DNA of 63,811 nt, counting the filler, from Octopus bimaculoides (taxonomy: Eukaryota): NCBI RefSeq assembly GCF_001194135.2. It is 5 parts of 5 records of this genome, joined end to end, with 100 filler letters (N's around TTAATTAATTAA, not from the genome) between each part and the next. Parts side by side here need not be neighbours in the genome. Positions count along the whole stretch, not along the records: positions 23,474 to 30,462 come from NC_068981.1; positions 30,563 to 37,538 come from NC_068988.1; positions 37,639 to 61,148 come from NC_068995.1; 2 more parts are not named here. The stretch is one strand, 5' to 3'. Numbering within the stretch: position 1 is the stretch's first letter; each line of letters starts with the position of its first letter. Positions 25,434-39,402 of this stretch are shown piece after piece. The translations under genes were made by a program, and so were the position numbers. The notes below the pieces were generated by a model. That model was not told the DNA's origin. It did no database searches and was given only the letters and a program-made list of their open reading frames with translations.

Positions 25434-26029
25434 ATATGTTTGTGTGTCTGTGTTTGTCCCCCAACATTGCTTGACAACCAATGCTGGTGTGTTTATGTCC
25501 CCGTAACTTAGTGGTTCGGCAAAAAGAGACCGATAGAATAAGTACTAGGCATCCAAAGAATAAGTCCTGGGGTCGATTTGCTCAACTAAAAGGTGGTGCT
25601 CCAACATGGCCACAGTCACATGACTGAAACAAGTGAAAGAGTGAAAGGGTATTATTAAATATTATTAGGAATTATATTAAAAAAATTTTACATGGACCCC
25701 AGTTGAGAATCACTGCATTAAACTATTTTCTTTGCTCCAAAAATTAAGACCTTGCACTGATGTAAGAAATTGTTTTGCCACAACAAAGTATTTAGCCTAA
25801 TGTATATTATTTTTGCAGCTTTTAGTATTTCTTCTGGCTCCTTGCATTCTGAGTTCAAATCCCACTGTGTTCAACTTTGTCTTTCATCCTTCCAGGTTTG
25901 AAAAATTGAAGTAACAGTCAAGTACTGGAGACATTATAATCAATTAACCTCTTCTCCCCAAATTTATGGTCTTGTGCCCCTTAAGAGAAACAATTAAGGA
26001 CAGCAAGCAGGAAGAAATGCTTGTTGTGC

Positions 26030-26061
<32 letters not shown>

Positions 26062-26199
26062 TTAACTAGACAGACAAAATAATAGCTCACTGCCTTAATA
26101 ATGATAACAATAATGATTTCTTTATTAACCACAAGGGTTTACATTAAGTAAACTATTGTGGACAGTACAGGACAAAACAAAGAATGTGTGTGAGTGTGT

Positions 26200-26870
26200 G
26201 TTTTTGTGAGGGTTTTGTGTGTAAACAAGACCAACAAAATTAAAAAATCAGCAATGTGTGATCCTCAATAGGAAGGAGACGTTTGAAGGCTGCTCATGGA
26301 AAAACCCATAGAAAATCCATGGGTTGCCTGACGTTTGGAGCAGGTGCCTTTTTTCCTTTTCTTTTTTTCAACTACAGGCATATGCTCAAGGCAGGCCTGT
26401 TCACCCACACCATTCTCACCACTTTCATCCACCTTTCAGCAAATTGGCTAGAAGACAACACTTCCCTCTCTACCCTTATTTTCCTTTTCAATTGAAACTT
26501 GAAGTTGATCAGAGATTGACCAAAGAGAAAAGTGTCTGTCTTCAGCCCTTCAATATCATCCACCTCTTTTGCCATGGCCACCAGGCATATAAACAGAGCC
26601 TTTCCTTCTCAGTTAAAGGAAGGCAAAAGGGCAATCTTCATGATGGATTCAGTTGACAGCCAGATCCGTCCCACATGCGACAGCAAGTGTTCAACATAAA
26701 CCCACAGGTCAGCAATGCTCAGGCACTGCAGGACCATTTTGTCATCCTGCACACATCTTGGACATGCTCGGCTCACAGCACTTCCATGCCTGTAAAGTTT
26801 ATCTTGAACAGGCAAAGCTTCCTGGTTGCGCTGCCAGAGATTTCTTTTAATTATCCAACTAAATAATGCT
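26200..26870 (-). mobile_element. Tx1/L1-type LINE 3' fragment (zf-RVT region)
   Basis: Frameshifted pieces PVQDKLYRHGS...CPRC...LQCLSIADLWVYVEHLL and FQLKRKIRVERE...FAERW resemble the CCHC zinc-finger C-terminus of Tx1/L1 ORF2. Confidence 0.65.
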
Positions 26871-27320
26871 CATCTGTTATGTTCGGGTTAAAATTTCATC
26901 AACATCAAAAATATATGAATTTTCATGGGAGTTATGGCCGTTATGCAAAGAATATAATTTCCAAATTTCATAAAGATCCATTCAGTACTTTTGACGTAGT
27001 TTTGGATAAGAAAACAAATGACTAATGTGTGTGTTTGTGTGCATGTGTATGTGTGTGTGATGGGTGTATATATGTATAGATATCTGTATGCATGTATATA
27101 TGTATATATGTGTACATATTACATGTACATCTATATATATATATATACATCTACACATATGTATACATATACATGTATGTATAGATCTATATATATATAN
27201 NNNNNNNNNNNNNNNNNNNNNNNNNNNNNNNNNNNNNNNNNNNNNNNNNNNNNNNNNNNNNNNNNNNNNNNNNNNNNNNNNNNNNNNNNNNNNNNNNNNN
27301 NNNNNNNNNNNNNNNNNNNN

Positions 27321-27348
27321 TCTCTCTCTCTCTCTCTTTCTGTCTCTC

Positions 27349-27379
<31 letters not shown>

Positions 27380-27978
27380 GTGAAAGTATCTGTCACTACA
27401 GTATCGAAATGTGATTGTTTCAGTTAGTGGAATAGTTTCATTTTTAAAGTGAAAGTATTTGACATGAGTGTTTTTGTTTCACTTTTGACACGTAATACTT
27501 AAATAGTGGAGGAGATATTATGTTGCCGTGTGCTCGAACTCTGCAAGAAGTTAAAAATTTTTGTATATGTATACATATACATATACATGTATATGTATAC
27601 ATAGACATCTCTCTCTCTCTCTCTTTCTGTCTCTCTCTTTCTCTCTTTCTCTCTCTGTGAAAGTATCTGTCACTACAGTATCGAAATCTGATTGTTTCAG
27701 TTAGTGGAATAGTTTCATTTTTAAAGTGAAAGTATTTGACATGAGTGTTTTTGTTTCACTTTTGACACGTAATACTTAAATAGTGGAGGAGATATTATGT
27801 TGCCGTGTGCTCGAACTCTGCAAGAAGTTAAAAATTTTTTTTGACTAAAACACAACTGGAACCCTAAGTAAGGCATGTGTAAAATTTGAATGAAATTGGT
27901 TGCGTAGTTCTCGAGTTTTAGGGATTCACACAGACAGACAGACACACACACACACATTCTCAGTTTTATATATATAGA
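27321..27978 (-). mobile_element. Non-autonomous Helitron (Lep1/DINE-1-like) with an internal ~230-bp tandem duplication
   Basis: Minus 5' end A|TCTATATATATAAAAC...TGTCTGTCTG...AAAACTCGAGAACTACGCAACCAATTTCATTCAAATTTT is characteristic of Lep1/DINE-like Helitrons. 27330-27563 is repeated near-identically at 27608-27840. Confidence 0.6.
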
Positions 27979-28429
27979 TAGAAGATAGATAACCTTTCAC
28001 TATATCCAGTAACTAATAACTTTTTTTTCTTTTCACTTGTTTCAGCCATTGGGCTGTCACCATTGCTAGGATACTGATTTGAAGGATTTAGTTAAACAAA
28101 TTGACAAACAGTACTTATTTTAAGTTTGATACCCATTTTATCAGTCTCTTTTGCCAAACTGCTATGTTATGGGAACATAAACTATTAAATGGTAACAGGG
28201 AACAAATGGAAACATACACACACACACACACATACATATTTCTGTGGCAGGCTTCCACACAGTTTTTGTCTGCTAAATCCACTCACATGGCATTGGTTAA
28301 CCCAGGGTTATAATAGATCGTATTTGCTCAAGGTGCTGTGCAGTGGCACTGAACCTGAAACCATTTGGTGTAGAAGATACTTACCCAGTGAGCTGCAGAG
28401 TGGAGGTTTTTAACATCTCAGTTCGTAGT

Positions 28430-28745
28430 GTTAGTACCCATTTTCACGGGAGGTATCTCGGTTGCTTGAGAAATATACTTGGATACAGCAGGTCTGAGGG
28501 GAAATGAAAAGTGGTATCACCTCACAGGGAGGTGAAGGCAATTAGGTCATTGCTGTATGGGTGGGAGAGTGTGGGAGACAAAATCAAAGCTTCGAGCTCA
28601 GCAGAATGTAATAGAGTTTGTGAGAGAGAGTTCTATCAGTACTCGGTGCAATGATATGTTTCAACAGGAAGGCACTGATCCAAAAGATAAAATGGATGAA
28701 GACCATAGGTGGGTAACTTTACAAGAAGATTCTCAGTTTTTGCCA
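28430..28745 (-). mobile_element. CR1/Jockey-group LINE RT fragment
   Basis: Frameshifted YGLHP..WISAFL...ILSPTLSHPYSNDLIAFTSL*GDTT (cf. GVPQGSVLSPTLFLLYINDL...ADDTT). Confidence 0.55.
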
Positions 28746-29337
28746 AGAGATTTTTTTCTTCTTCTAAATATATTAATTTTCCATATCTTCTTGAGTTAGT
28801 ATATTCCAACTCAGTGATTCCTTTATCAATACTTCAGTAAAAACTATGAAATCTTTGCTTTGCTGAAGAGATCTAATGATATCAGGGTGTGTCCTGAGTT
28901 ATCTCCTATACTCACTAGAATTATTGGTTCTAAATTTTAGCACAAGGCCAGCAATTTCAGGGGAGGGGTTAAGTTGATATAATCATCTTGTGTTCAGCTG
29001 GTACTTATTTTATCAACCCCAAAAGGATAAAAGACTAAGAATTTTGAACTCAGAACACATGAAATGCCACTAAGCATTTTGCCCAGCCTGCTAACAATTT
29101 TTCAAGTTCACTGCCTACTTACTAGAATTATTAAAATAATATTTGCCATTAAGTTACTAATGTTCTCCTCTCCTCACTATATTAATATTCCTAATTAACT
29201 CTTAACATTTTAAAAATTCTGCTTACATAAGAGAATTCATCACTTCATTCAAATAAATGTTAGCAAGGTTAGTACGATTCTTATGTTGTTATGCACCTCA
29301 GGGATGGTCTGCATTAAACATACATATACACACTTAC

Positions 29338-29438
29338 AAATACCATTAAATAAGTTAGTATTGACATATTTAATGATGCAAACATCAAAACACTTGCAAG
29401 TAAAAAAAGAGGAGTAAGTTATTCCCAGAACAAAACAA
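29338..29438 (-). other. Candidate 101-bp exon
   Basis: attcattgttctcaacag|TTGTTT...GGTATTT|gtaagt. Only one frame is open end to end. Confidence 0.3.
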
Positions 29439-29869
29439 CTGTTGAGAACAATGAATGGCAGAATTGGTGCCAAACAAAAAGTCTTGTGATGTGGAGTTGA
29501 ATCTCTTAATGTTTTTAATTCAAATGTTAACTGCTATTTAGCATTCCAGGAATGAGAAAAAGTTACGATTTTATGGTAACATTGAATATCATTATTATTA
29601 AAGACATCTAAAAAAAACCTTTTGATTATTTTTTTTTGATTTTTCCTGATTTACACTAATTAACATCTGCCAATCCTACTATAAAGCATTATCATCATTG
29701 TTTTTACTTCCACTATTCCATGATTGCATGGGTCAGCTGAATTCATTGAGACAGATTTTCTACAGCAAGATAACATACCTGTTACAACATTTACAAGTAA
29801 GGTGATATTGTGTTGGATCAAAGGTTTTGCAACATTTTGGTAACTTATTTGCTTTATTCATCAAGTTAC

Positions 29870-30060
29870 AACTAAAGATGTCTTGCATTTCAAGAAAAAG
29901 CCATTGTATTGCAACACCGGAAACCATCTCTTTGCCAGTTCTTTAATCGCACACTGATACCAGTTCTTGCTCTTCAAGGTGAAGAACTCCTTCACTAAAG
30001 CTTCTACCTCCTGTTTGTTGCGGTAACTTGACAAATAAAGCAAATAAGTTACCAAAATAT
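29870..30060 (-). mobile_element. Mariner-like transposase C-terminal fragment
   Basis: YRNKQEVEALVKEFFTLKSKNWYQCAIKELAKRWFPVLQYNGFF resembles the mariner C-terminus (EEVK.AV.EFF.SK..FY..GI..L..RW..VI..NG.YF). Confidence 0.65.
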
Positions 30061-30138
30061 TGTAAACCTTTCGATACAACACAATATTTCCCCATCACCA
30101 AACATGTAGAGTGTATTAATTTTAATAAATCTATGTAG

Positions 30139-30189
<51 letters not shown>

Positions 30190-30228
30190 TATACACAAAC
30201 AGGAAACAACTTCTATCTCATTCCAGGG

Positions 30229-30462
30229 TGCAAAACTAGAGGTAGTCGATAGCTTCCGCTATCTGGGCGACCAAGTTAGTAGTGTGGGTGCGCTGAAAGT
30301 GTAGCTGCTAGAATAAGAATAGCCTGGGCAAAGTTTAGAGAGCTCTTACCCCTGCTGGCGACAAAGGGACTCTCACTCAGAGTAAAAGGCAGACTGTATG
30401 ACGCATGCGTATGAACAACCATGCTACATGGCAGTGAAACATGGGCTGTAACTGCTGAGGAC
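30229..30462 (+). mobile_element. RTE-type LINE RT C-terminal fragment
   Basis: KLEVVDSFRYLGDQVSS..[frameshift]..AESVAARIRIAWAKFRELLPLLATKGLSLRVKGRLYDACV*TTMLHGSETWAV. Truncated by a gap. Confidence 0.8.
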
Positions 30463-30888
30463 NNNNNNNNNNNNNNNNNNNNNNNNNNNNNNNNNNNNNN
30501 NNNNNNTTAATTAATTAANNNNNNNNNNNNNNNNNNNNNNNNNNNNNNNNNNNNNNNNNNNNTATATATATATATATTACGTCCATATTCCCTTTCTCTT
30601 CTTACAAGACATTCTTGAAATTTCACAGTCAGCACTGCAGTAAAATTCTTTTCTCAATTTCTTTTTTTTTCTTCAAGACGTTTAGCAAGGAGATTCCGTT
30701 AGTTTTACACACACACACACACATACACACACACGTGTTTATGTATATATGTGTATGTATGTGTGTGCATGCATATACAAGTGCGCATATATAACATATG
30801 CATGTGTATGTTTGTATTATATATCATGCAATACACACACACACACACATATACGTATATCAGATCTAAATGCATATATATGTATGTG

Positions 30889-31009
<121 letters not shown>

Positions 31010-31632
31010 ATGCATATATATATATATATGTATGTATTTGTGTGTATGTAGTAGGTATATATGTATATAATTTTATAAACGTATGTGTGTCTATCTAGCT
31101 GTCTGTCTGTGTGCCTGTCTATTTATCTATCTATTATATCAATACATTCATTCATACAAACATACATACAGGCATGCATATATACATACAAGCTCTGTAC
31201 TCATGCATACTTACACCTACAAGAATTAATCATTTTTCACGGTGTTGGCCATAGAACACGACATAAACTCCAGGTGAGACGAATCTAAGCCGAGGTTTCA
31301 ATTTACGTTGAAGTAATTTCAATTTACCAGTTGTGATTATGCCCATGGGTAAGTCATGACTGTTTCAGGTGAAACATTAATTACTGATTTCAGTAAAAAT
31401 GTAGAACCTTAGTGTTGACTCAACTGAATTCGTGTGTTGGAGTAGCAGACGGTGAGGGGGGAACCAATAAGGTAAGGCGTGGCTGTGTGGTAAGAAACTT
31501 GCTTCCTAACCACATGGTTCCGGGTTCAGTCTCACTGAGTGGGACCATGAGCAAGTATCTTTTACTATATACTCGGGCCGACCAAAGCATTGACAATGGA
31601 TTTTGTAGACAGAAACTGAAAGAAGCCTGTCG

Positions 31633-31676
<44 letters not shown>

Positions 31677-32172
31677 NNNNNNNNNNNNNNNNNNNNNNNN
31701 NNNNNNNNNNNNNNNNNNNNNNNNNNNNNNNNNNNNNNNNNNNNNNNNNNNNNNNNNNNNNNNNNNNNNNNNNNNNNNNNNNNNNNNNNNNNNNNNNNNN
31801 NNNNNNNNNNNNNNNNNNNNNNNNNNNNNNNNNNNNNNNNNNNNNNNNNNNNNNNNNNNNNNNNNNNNNNNNNNNNNNNNNNNNNNNNNNNNNNNNNNNN
31901 NNNNNNNNNNNNNNNNNNNNNNNNNNNNNNNNNNNNNNNNNNNNNNNNNNNNNNNNNNNNNNNNNNNNNNNNNNNNNNNNNNNNNNNNNNNNNNNNNNNN
32001 NNNNNNNNNNNNNNNNNNNNNNNNNNNNNNNNNNNNNNNNNNNNNNNNNNNNNNNNNNNNNATATTCGTTCAAAATCAATTGTTTTTTCACTGTTGGCAA
32101 AACCTATCTGCGCACATTCTGTTTAAATATATCGGAACTGTGCAGATGCCAACAAATGACACTGTGGTCGCA

Positions 32173-32215
<43 letters not shown>

Positions 32216-32859
32216 CCGTGCGTGTGTGTGTGTGTGTATGTGTGTATGTGCGTGTGCGTGTGTGTGTATTTTTGTCTTTGTCCCTCACTACCGCTTGACA
32301 ACTGGTGTTTGCGCTCCCGTAACTTAGCATTTCGGCAAGCGAGCTCGATAGAATAAGTACCGAACTTAAAACATAATTACTGGGGTCGATTCAGTTGACT
32401 TAAAATTCAAGACGGTGCTCCAGTGTTCGGTCGTGAAGGCAAAAGCGAAGAGAATGCAAAGAACCAAAAGTTTATCTCGATTGCCCGATGTATTTGATAA
32501 CTCGAGCTCCTTCTTCCATCAAGTGGTCTCATCTAAACATCGCGCAGCTTATTTGATTATTTTCATTAAACAGTTTTGCCAAGTGGTTTTATTTTTTCAT
32601 ACTTTTCCATATTTACTCATGACACCTCATCCAGCACATATCTCTCTCTTGTTAGATATTTGCGTGAACAAATGCTACGTAAGTTACACTTTTAAAAATA
32701 AAAATTGCTGAAGAAGATGAGAACTTATGAACTGAAAATATATTGGGCCTTAGCACATCATCAGTCACCGAGGATCATGTCCTATTCATGTTTTAATCAC
32801 GACAATAATTGATTTCATTTGAAAATATATTTAGAATATAGGTTTCGTATCTAGTTTAA

Positions 32860-33137
32860 CCCATTACCTACCAGTGATCTCATATGAGATCACTTAAAAA
32901 TTACAAACTTCGTAATTATCTGTCAATATTTACACATATCTAACCTTTTTTGCTATATTTACTAGGTATATTTCTCTGATATTCAAATGGGGTTTGCTAA
33001 TTTTTCACCCAATGTCTCGCTTATTTCTATTTAAAATGTTATTTTGATCATTCCAGCATGTTTCTAAGGCTGTTTTATGCTAGAAATCAAAATTTCATAA
33101 AAAGATTCCAGTTAATAGAATTATGGGAGGTAATGGG
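32860..33137. mobile_element. piggyBac-type MITE with TTAA target-site duplication
   Basis: TTAA|CCCATTACCTACC...GGGAGGTAATGGG|TTAA (TIR 12/13 match). Contains a perfect 22-bp palindrome AGTGATCTCATATGAGATCACT just inside the left end. Confidence 0.8.
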
Positions 33138-34336
33138 TTAAGAATTTTATTTCCAAGAAAAATCACCACTTTTCTAAATAGCAATCAATCCCCATTAATG
33201 TTCCCTTTCGCCGGCCCTTACTGATCTCAAATACCTCTCCAAAAGGGATACTAGCAATATGGCAGCAAAGAAAACTAAGACGAATAAAGGTTTAAATTTA
33301 TATTTCATCCTGATCCGATTCAAGACACTTCATTACCCCTTCACTCACCGCATGTAGTGTTACTATGTCTCTGTTGCTTTTAGTTAGACATTGACTCTTC
33401 TGCTGTATGAATTATAACGGAAAGAAGGAGATCACATTGCGCACATACATATCTGTTTGGTGGACGCGTACAGTGATTGAAGTATAGTGCTGGTCCCATT
33501 GATATGTATAATTTTGTCTCTTTCTATTTGCTATTTGTAAAAATCATTATTTTCAACCGCCAACTGTTGGAGTGTGGGTGGTTCTTCCGAGTTCTCTGCA
33601 AATTCAATTACATCAGTAGGGTCCCATACCCTTTTATGGCATCGCAGATATTATGAGTGGTCTCCCACGGTCTTCTAACAGAGCAGCGTAACTAATTGTA
33701 AAAGAACGAGAAAGAGAAATAGAAAGAGAGAAAAAGAGAGAGAAGGAAAGAGATTGAGAGGGAGAGAGCGAGAGAGAGACACAGAAGGAAGATAAATATA
33801 TTTCGGTATTTGATAATTATTTATTGACCTCAGGAGAAATAAAAGTAATGTGGATCTCAGCGGAATTTGAACTCAGAGAAGAGAAATCTGGATCAAACAC
33901 GCAACAATGCATTTTATCCGAAGCTCAAACCACCTTACCAATTCATCGCCTGATATAACAATAAACCGGCGAAAACCAGTTCAATGTGAAAATGGCGGTG
34001 ACTACTAAAGGAAAGACAAAACTGTATTCTATTCACCATGCTATATATAGAGCTCGTGTTGTAATAAGTAGATGTTTGGAGAATCGATCTGTATGATAGA
34101 TGCGATTTCGATCATTCCGCTCCGCAGTACTTCTTTCTTCTATATGAGTCAACAAAGACGCTACGATGTGGTTATTTGAAATAACAGCCAATCTCCGTCT
34201 GATTACACACACACACACACAATCTTAAAAATGAAGGAACACATTGAATAATGCAGTTTTAGTCGTCTAGAAAAATAAAAATAAAAAGAAATGACAAGAA
34301 AGTCATGAATGCCTATGATAATATGTCCAATCAATC

Positions 34337-34773
34337 AAGGCGGTGAGCTGGCAGAATCGTTAGCACGCTGGACGAAATGCTTAGCGGTATTTCGTCTGCC
34401 GTTATGTTCTGAATTCAAATTCCGCCGAGGTCAACTTTGCCTTTCATCCTTTCGGGGTCGATAAATTAAGTACTAGTTACGCGCTGGGGTCGATGTAATC
34501 AACTTAATCCCTTTGTCTGTCCTTGTTTGTCCCCTCTATGTTTAGCCCCTTGTGGGCAATAAAGAAATAAGAATCGTTAGCATGCCAGGCGAAATGCCTA
34601 GCAGTATTTCGTTTGTCTTTACGTTCTGAGTTCAAATTCCGCCAAGGTCGACTTTGCCTTTCATCCTTTCGGATTCGATAAATCAAGTACCAGTTGCATA
34701 CTGGAGTCGATCTAATCGACTGTCTCCCTTCCCCACCCCAAATTTCGGGCCTTGTGCCTAGAGTAGAAAAGAA
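34337..34773 (+). mobile_element. tRNA-like SINE, family B (internally dimeric copy)
   Basis: AAGGCGGTGAGCTGGCAGAATCGTTAGC...TTCAAATTCCGCCGAGGTCAACTTTGCCTTTCATCCTTTCGGGGTCG, repeated twice. Other copies at ~21525-21950 (two), 28925-29120, 33800-33950, 38635-38750, 45555-45700, 52470-52680, 54655-55080 (two), 56090-56370 and 63786 (head). Confidence 0.8.
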
Positions 34774-35660
34774 TATATATGTAATCAGTCAGGATTGAAC
34801 TGGGGGTAAATGACTACACTAGGAACAAGAGTAACACGGCAACAGCAATAGTAACACCTCATTTACAATAAGAAGGAGAAGAAAAAAATGAGAGAAGATA
34901 AACAATATGGCGCTTGGGTGTCGAATTTGATAAAATAATGAGTTGTTTGGTTGCAAACAGCCGATTTATTATTCCATCATGTGAGAAAAATTGAAGTGGT
35001 TGAGATGGAACATAAACTTTGGTTGTTGTTGATTATTATTATTATTATTATTATTATTATTGTTGTTGTTGTTAGAGAGAATTGGATGTAGCGATGGTGG
35101 AGGTGGAAGGAAATATGAAGCTAATTTTTTTCGAATAATAAAGTTACTATTAATTTTTTTTTTAAATTCATACTTGTTATTATTGAAATTTTAGTAACCA
35201 GAGATGCAAATTGGAAAAAAAAAAAAAAGAAACAAACAAACAAAGAAAAGCAACAGCTCCACAATCTTGCTAACAAGAGACCGAATCAGTTCTAACTACA
35301 TTGTTCTCATATGTTGACGTCGTTGTTGTTGTTGTTGTTGCTGCATAGTTTTTGCCACCCAACCAGGCCAACTATGAACGAGAAAAACAGTGGTGAAAGA
35401 CATTATGTCTGTGGTTATGACGCCTTCTTTTGTACCGGAGACTGCATTATTCAATGACGTCTCATAGGTTGTGATTTGAGCGGTGTTTCGCTGTTACTTC
35501 TAGCGGATCAAGTGCCTGTGCAGATATTTCTCTCATTGGCTTTATTGGTATCATATGGGAGACACATAGACACACAGACAAAGGCACGCGTGTGTACTTT
35601 TGTGTGTCTTTGTATATGTGTATCAGCATCTGCATATGTATGCATATATAACATATATAT

Positions 35661-35733
<73 letters not shown>

Positions 35734-36441
35734 NNNNNNNNNNNNNNNNNNNNNNNNNNNNNNNNNNNNNNNNNNNNNNNNNNNNNNNNNNNNNNNNNNN
35801 NNNNNNNNNNNNNNNNNNNNNNNNNNNNNNNNNNNNNNNNNNNNNNNNNNNNNNNNNNNNNNNNNNNNNNNNNNNNNNNNNNNNNNNNNNNNNNNNNNNN
35901 NNNNNNNNNNNNNNNNNNNNNNNNNNNNNNNNNNNNNNNNNNNNNNNNNNNNNNNNNNNNNNNNNNNNNNNNNNNNNNNNNNNNNNNNNNNNNNNNNNNN
36001 NNNNNNNNNNNNNNNNNNNNNNNNNNNNNNNNNNNNNNNNNNNNNNNNNNNNNNNNNNNNNNNNNNNNNNNNNNNNNNNNNNNNNNNNNNNNNNNNNNNN
36101 NNNNNNNNNNNNNNNNNNNNNNNNNNNNNNNNNNNNNNNNNNNNNNNNNNNNNNNNNNNNNNNNNNNNNNNNNNNNNNNNNNNNNNNNNNNNNNNNNNNN
36201 NNNNNNNNNNNATATATATAATTAAGATTCCGTACAATTAGCTACTTAAATTGAGGCACCTTGCTAGGTCGGTATATCTTAGTTAGTCATTTATATACAT
36301 ACACACACACATATACATATATATATAGTAAATACTCCCCCCCCCCTCCAAAAGAAAATGAAGAACAAACACAAAAAACAACAACGCGAGCACGTGGTAC
36401 ATGTAAAGTATTAGCAGACGCTCAAGGAAGAAAAGAAAGAT

Positions 36442-36470
36442 GGTTTAACGTTTCGAGCAACGCTCTTCTT
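36442..36470 (-). ncRNA. Truncated minimal hammerhead relic (HH-4)
   Basis: Minus: (cat)AAGA-AGAGC-GTT-GCTC-GAAA-CG-TT-AAACC. Stem II, GAAA and the ACGT palindromic stem III are present, but C3U4G5 and the 5' strand of stem I are replaced by a (CATA)n microsatellite. Confidence 0.5.
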
Positions 36471-36566
36471 ATGTATGTATGTATGTATGTATGTATGTAT
36501 GTATGTATGTATGTACACACACACACACATATATATGCATACAATCACACATATGGAAACATATAC

Positions 36567-36617
<51 letters not shown>

Positions 36618-37506
36618 CAAAATAAGTGAGTAGACGAGAGATAGTGAGTAGGAGAGAGAAGGAATAACAGATTGATAATTTGTAAAACGCAAATATTGAG
36701 ATATATTAAGTGGATGGTTTAGTAATAACCACGAAGTTCAAAGTGACTCCTACATACCCCTTAAATACCCCTATTTCAGTTCCTATTCTCTAGCAAAATC
36801 TAACACCGTTTTGCCGAGGGGAGAGCATGCTAAACCTGCAGCGGAAAACGAAACGAGAGCCTTAGGGTTTCTATAAATAAATTATGTGATCTACGAAAAC
36901 TTGATAATTAAACACAGCGCGTTTGCCGTTATATCTATGGTTCTCTGCTATCAAAATCGCTTAGTTCTGAATAACAACCTCAAATGCTGGCAATCGTGTA
37001 GGTTTGGCACGTACAGACATGTTAAATCTTTTGACCGCTGCTTCTGTTGGGAAATTTTACAGCTCTTGGTCAACTGTAGAGAAATTAAAACGATTATTGC
37101 TACCGGCTGCAATCAAGATCGCAGCACGATATTAATTTTTTTTTCTCCTCTTTTTCTTCTTTTTGAGGGAAGAACTGTGACGTGTGGGTTGACCTGATAG
37201 AAAAATAGTCAACAAAATAAAACTTTTAATTCCAGTTTGGGACAGAAATCAACTGAAAAATAATGTGTATCTATAATATGTATATGCATGTGTGGATATG
37301 TAAATATATATGCATGTAAATATGCATTTATGAATGCAAGCAATACGTGCATACGTGCATATGTATGTGCTTGATTGGCAACGAAATGAATTACTGCGTA
37401 AATATAGTTCACATGCTACAAAGGTTAGTAGGTCCACTTGCACATATGCATTAATGCCCTTGTGTGCGTATAATTTTGAAACATATTATATATATATATA
37501 TATATA

Positions 37507-37538
<32 letters not shown>

Positions 37539-39334
37539 NNNNNNNNNNNNNNNNNNNNNNNNNNNNNNNNNNNNNNNNNNNNTTAATTAATTAANNNNNN
37601 NNNNNNNNNNNNNNNNNNNNNNNNNNNNNNNNNNNNNNTATATATATATATATATATATATGGCCCACATGAGTTTCTGAATGGCACTGCGGTCATGCAG
37701 GGGCACCGTTTTGAAGGGTTTAGTCTAACAAATTGACGCCAGGACCTATTTTATAAAAACCTGGTACTTATTCTGTTGGTCTTTTTCTTTTTTAATGATG
37801 CTGTCCGCCTGATGACGATTCATGTCCCATATGCCCCGCTTCTTGAAAAATAATGCCCATGCCTGATACGAATTTTGACGTGGAGTATTTTAAGAAGTTT
37901 GAATGTCATTTGGCTGCTATTTCTTTCCGGTTCAGGCAACCACCTAGAACAGGAATGAGAAATGGCTCGTCATCAAGTGAACCGGGTTTTAGTGGAACTG
38001 ATCGAACTCAATACTTACTTGTAAGTCTGGCACTTAGTCTATCGGTGTCTTTTACCGAACCGGTAAGTTATGGGAATGTAAACAAACCAACATCGGTTGT
38101 CAATCGGTGGGGACAAATACAGACTCAAAGACACTCACACACAGATAAATATATAAGTTTTAATGAGAACCTTTTAAGGAAGTAAAAGATGACATTGTTA
38201 TGGTTGTTGTTTAAATCCAGGTTATTTTTAATTACATATATTTATGATTTATTCCTGGCAAAGTACACCATTTTCCATAAAATCCAGTCCTTATTGTAGC
38301 GTAGTGGCTTACATGTCTCAATGACCCTTAAGAGCTATATCAGAGGAGTGCAAGCTGGACAGGTCAAAGGATAGAAGCCAGAATAATATGGACTAGCTCT
38401 TCTCAGAAGTAAAAATTGGATTGTATAAGAAAAACGAAATCATCGATAACAATTCAAACCCAACAAGACCTGGAAGCGGAAGGGCTCCACTCAAGGAAAC
38501 TTATGAAGAGGGCTACTGAGGCAGTGTTGAAGAAGAAGGGATCCGACTGGAGAGAAGATAGAAAAGACAGTCCAGGGTCGATGAACTATACTCCACTGGA
38601 ATTGAAGAGTTTGAATATTAATAATAATAATAATCCTTTCTACTATAGGCACAAGGCCTGAATTTTGTGGTAGGGGACAAGTCGATTACATCGATCCCAG
38701 TGTATCACTGGTACTTAATCTATCGACCCCCGAAAGATGAAAAGCAAATAATAATAATAATAATAATAATAGGTACACCATCACGCAAAGTAAGTAAATT
38801 CAAATCTATTAAGAACTTTTAACAAAAGATGATTTAAAAAATGATGATTAGGAGATGAATTAATCATCTTGATTTCATTATCATTTGGATTGATCACGGT
38901 GATCAAAAGAGAAGACATGTTGAAATTCTTATGAAAACAACAGTAGGAGTCTAGTGTTTTAGCAAGAATGGTTACATGCACACAGAATGGCAATATTATT
39001 GAGCGATGAAAATACAACGAAAAATAACAAATCAGTTCATGATGAATGCTTTTAATAGAGAATGGTAACCGTTTATAATAACAAGAAATACTTAACAAAG
39101 ATGTGGCCGGGTTCATAATCTTACAAATAAGCGATCATATTAACGGCAACCTCCATGAGAAAATGAAATGGGGAATATTTTAAGTAACAATCGCTGTAAT
39201 TATTTTTATCAAATCTGTGTTTGTAACATGACTTCCGACTTCCGGTTTGTAAGTTATGTTACAAACATACTCTCTCTCTCGCTCTCTCGTTATGCACATT
39301 TTTCATAATAAGAAATGCCATCAATTCTCCGTCC

Positions 39335-39402
<68 letters not shown>

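Noticed and set aside
32566-32610. Minus-strand MEKYEKIKPLGK, reminiscent of NEK/CDKL kinase starts
   Set aside because: It stops after 14 codons and no further kinase motifs can be recovered.
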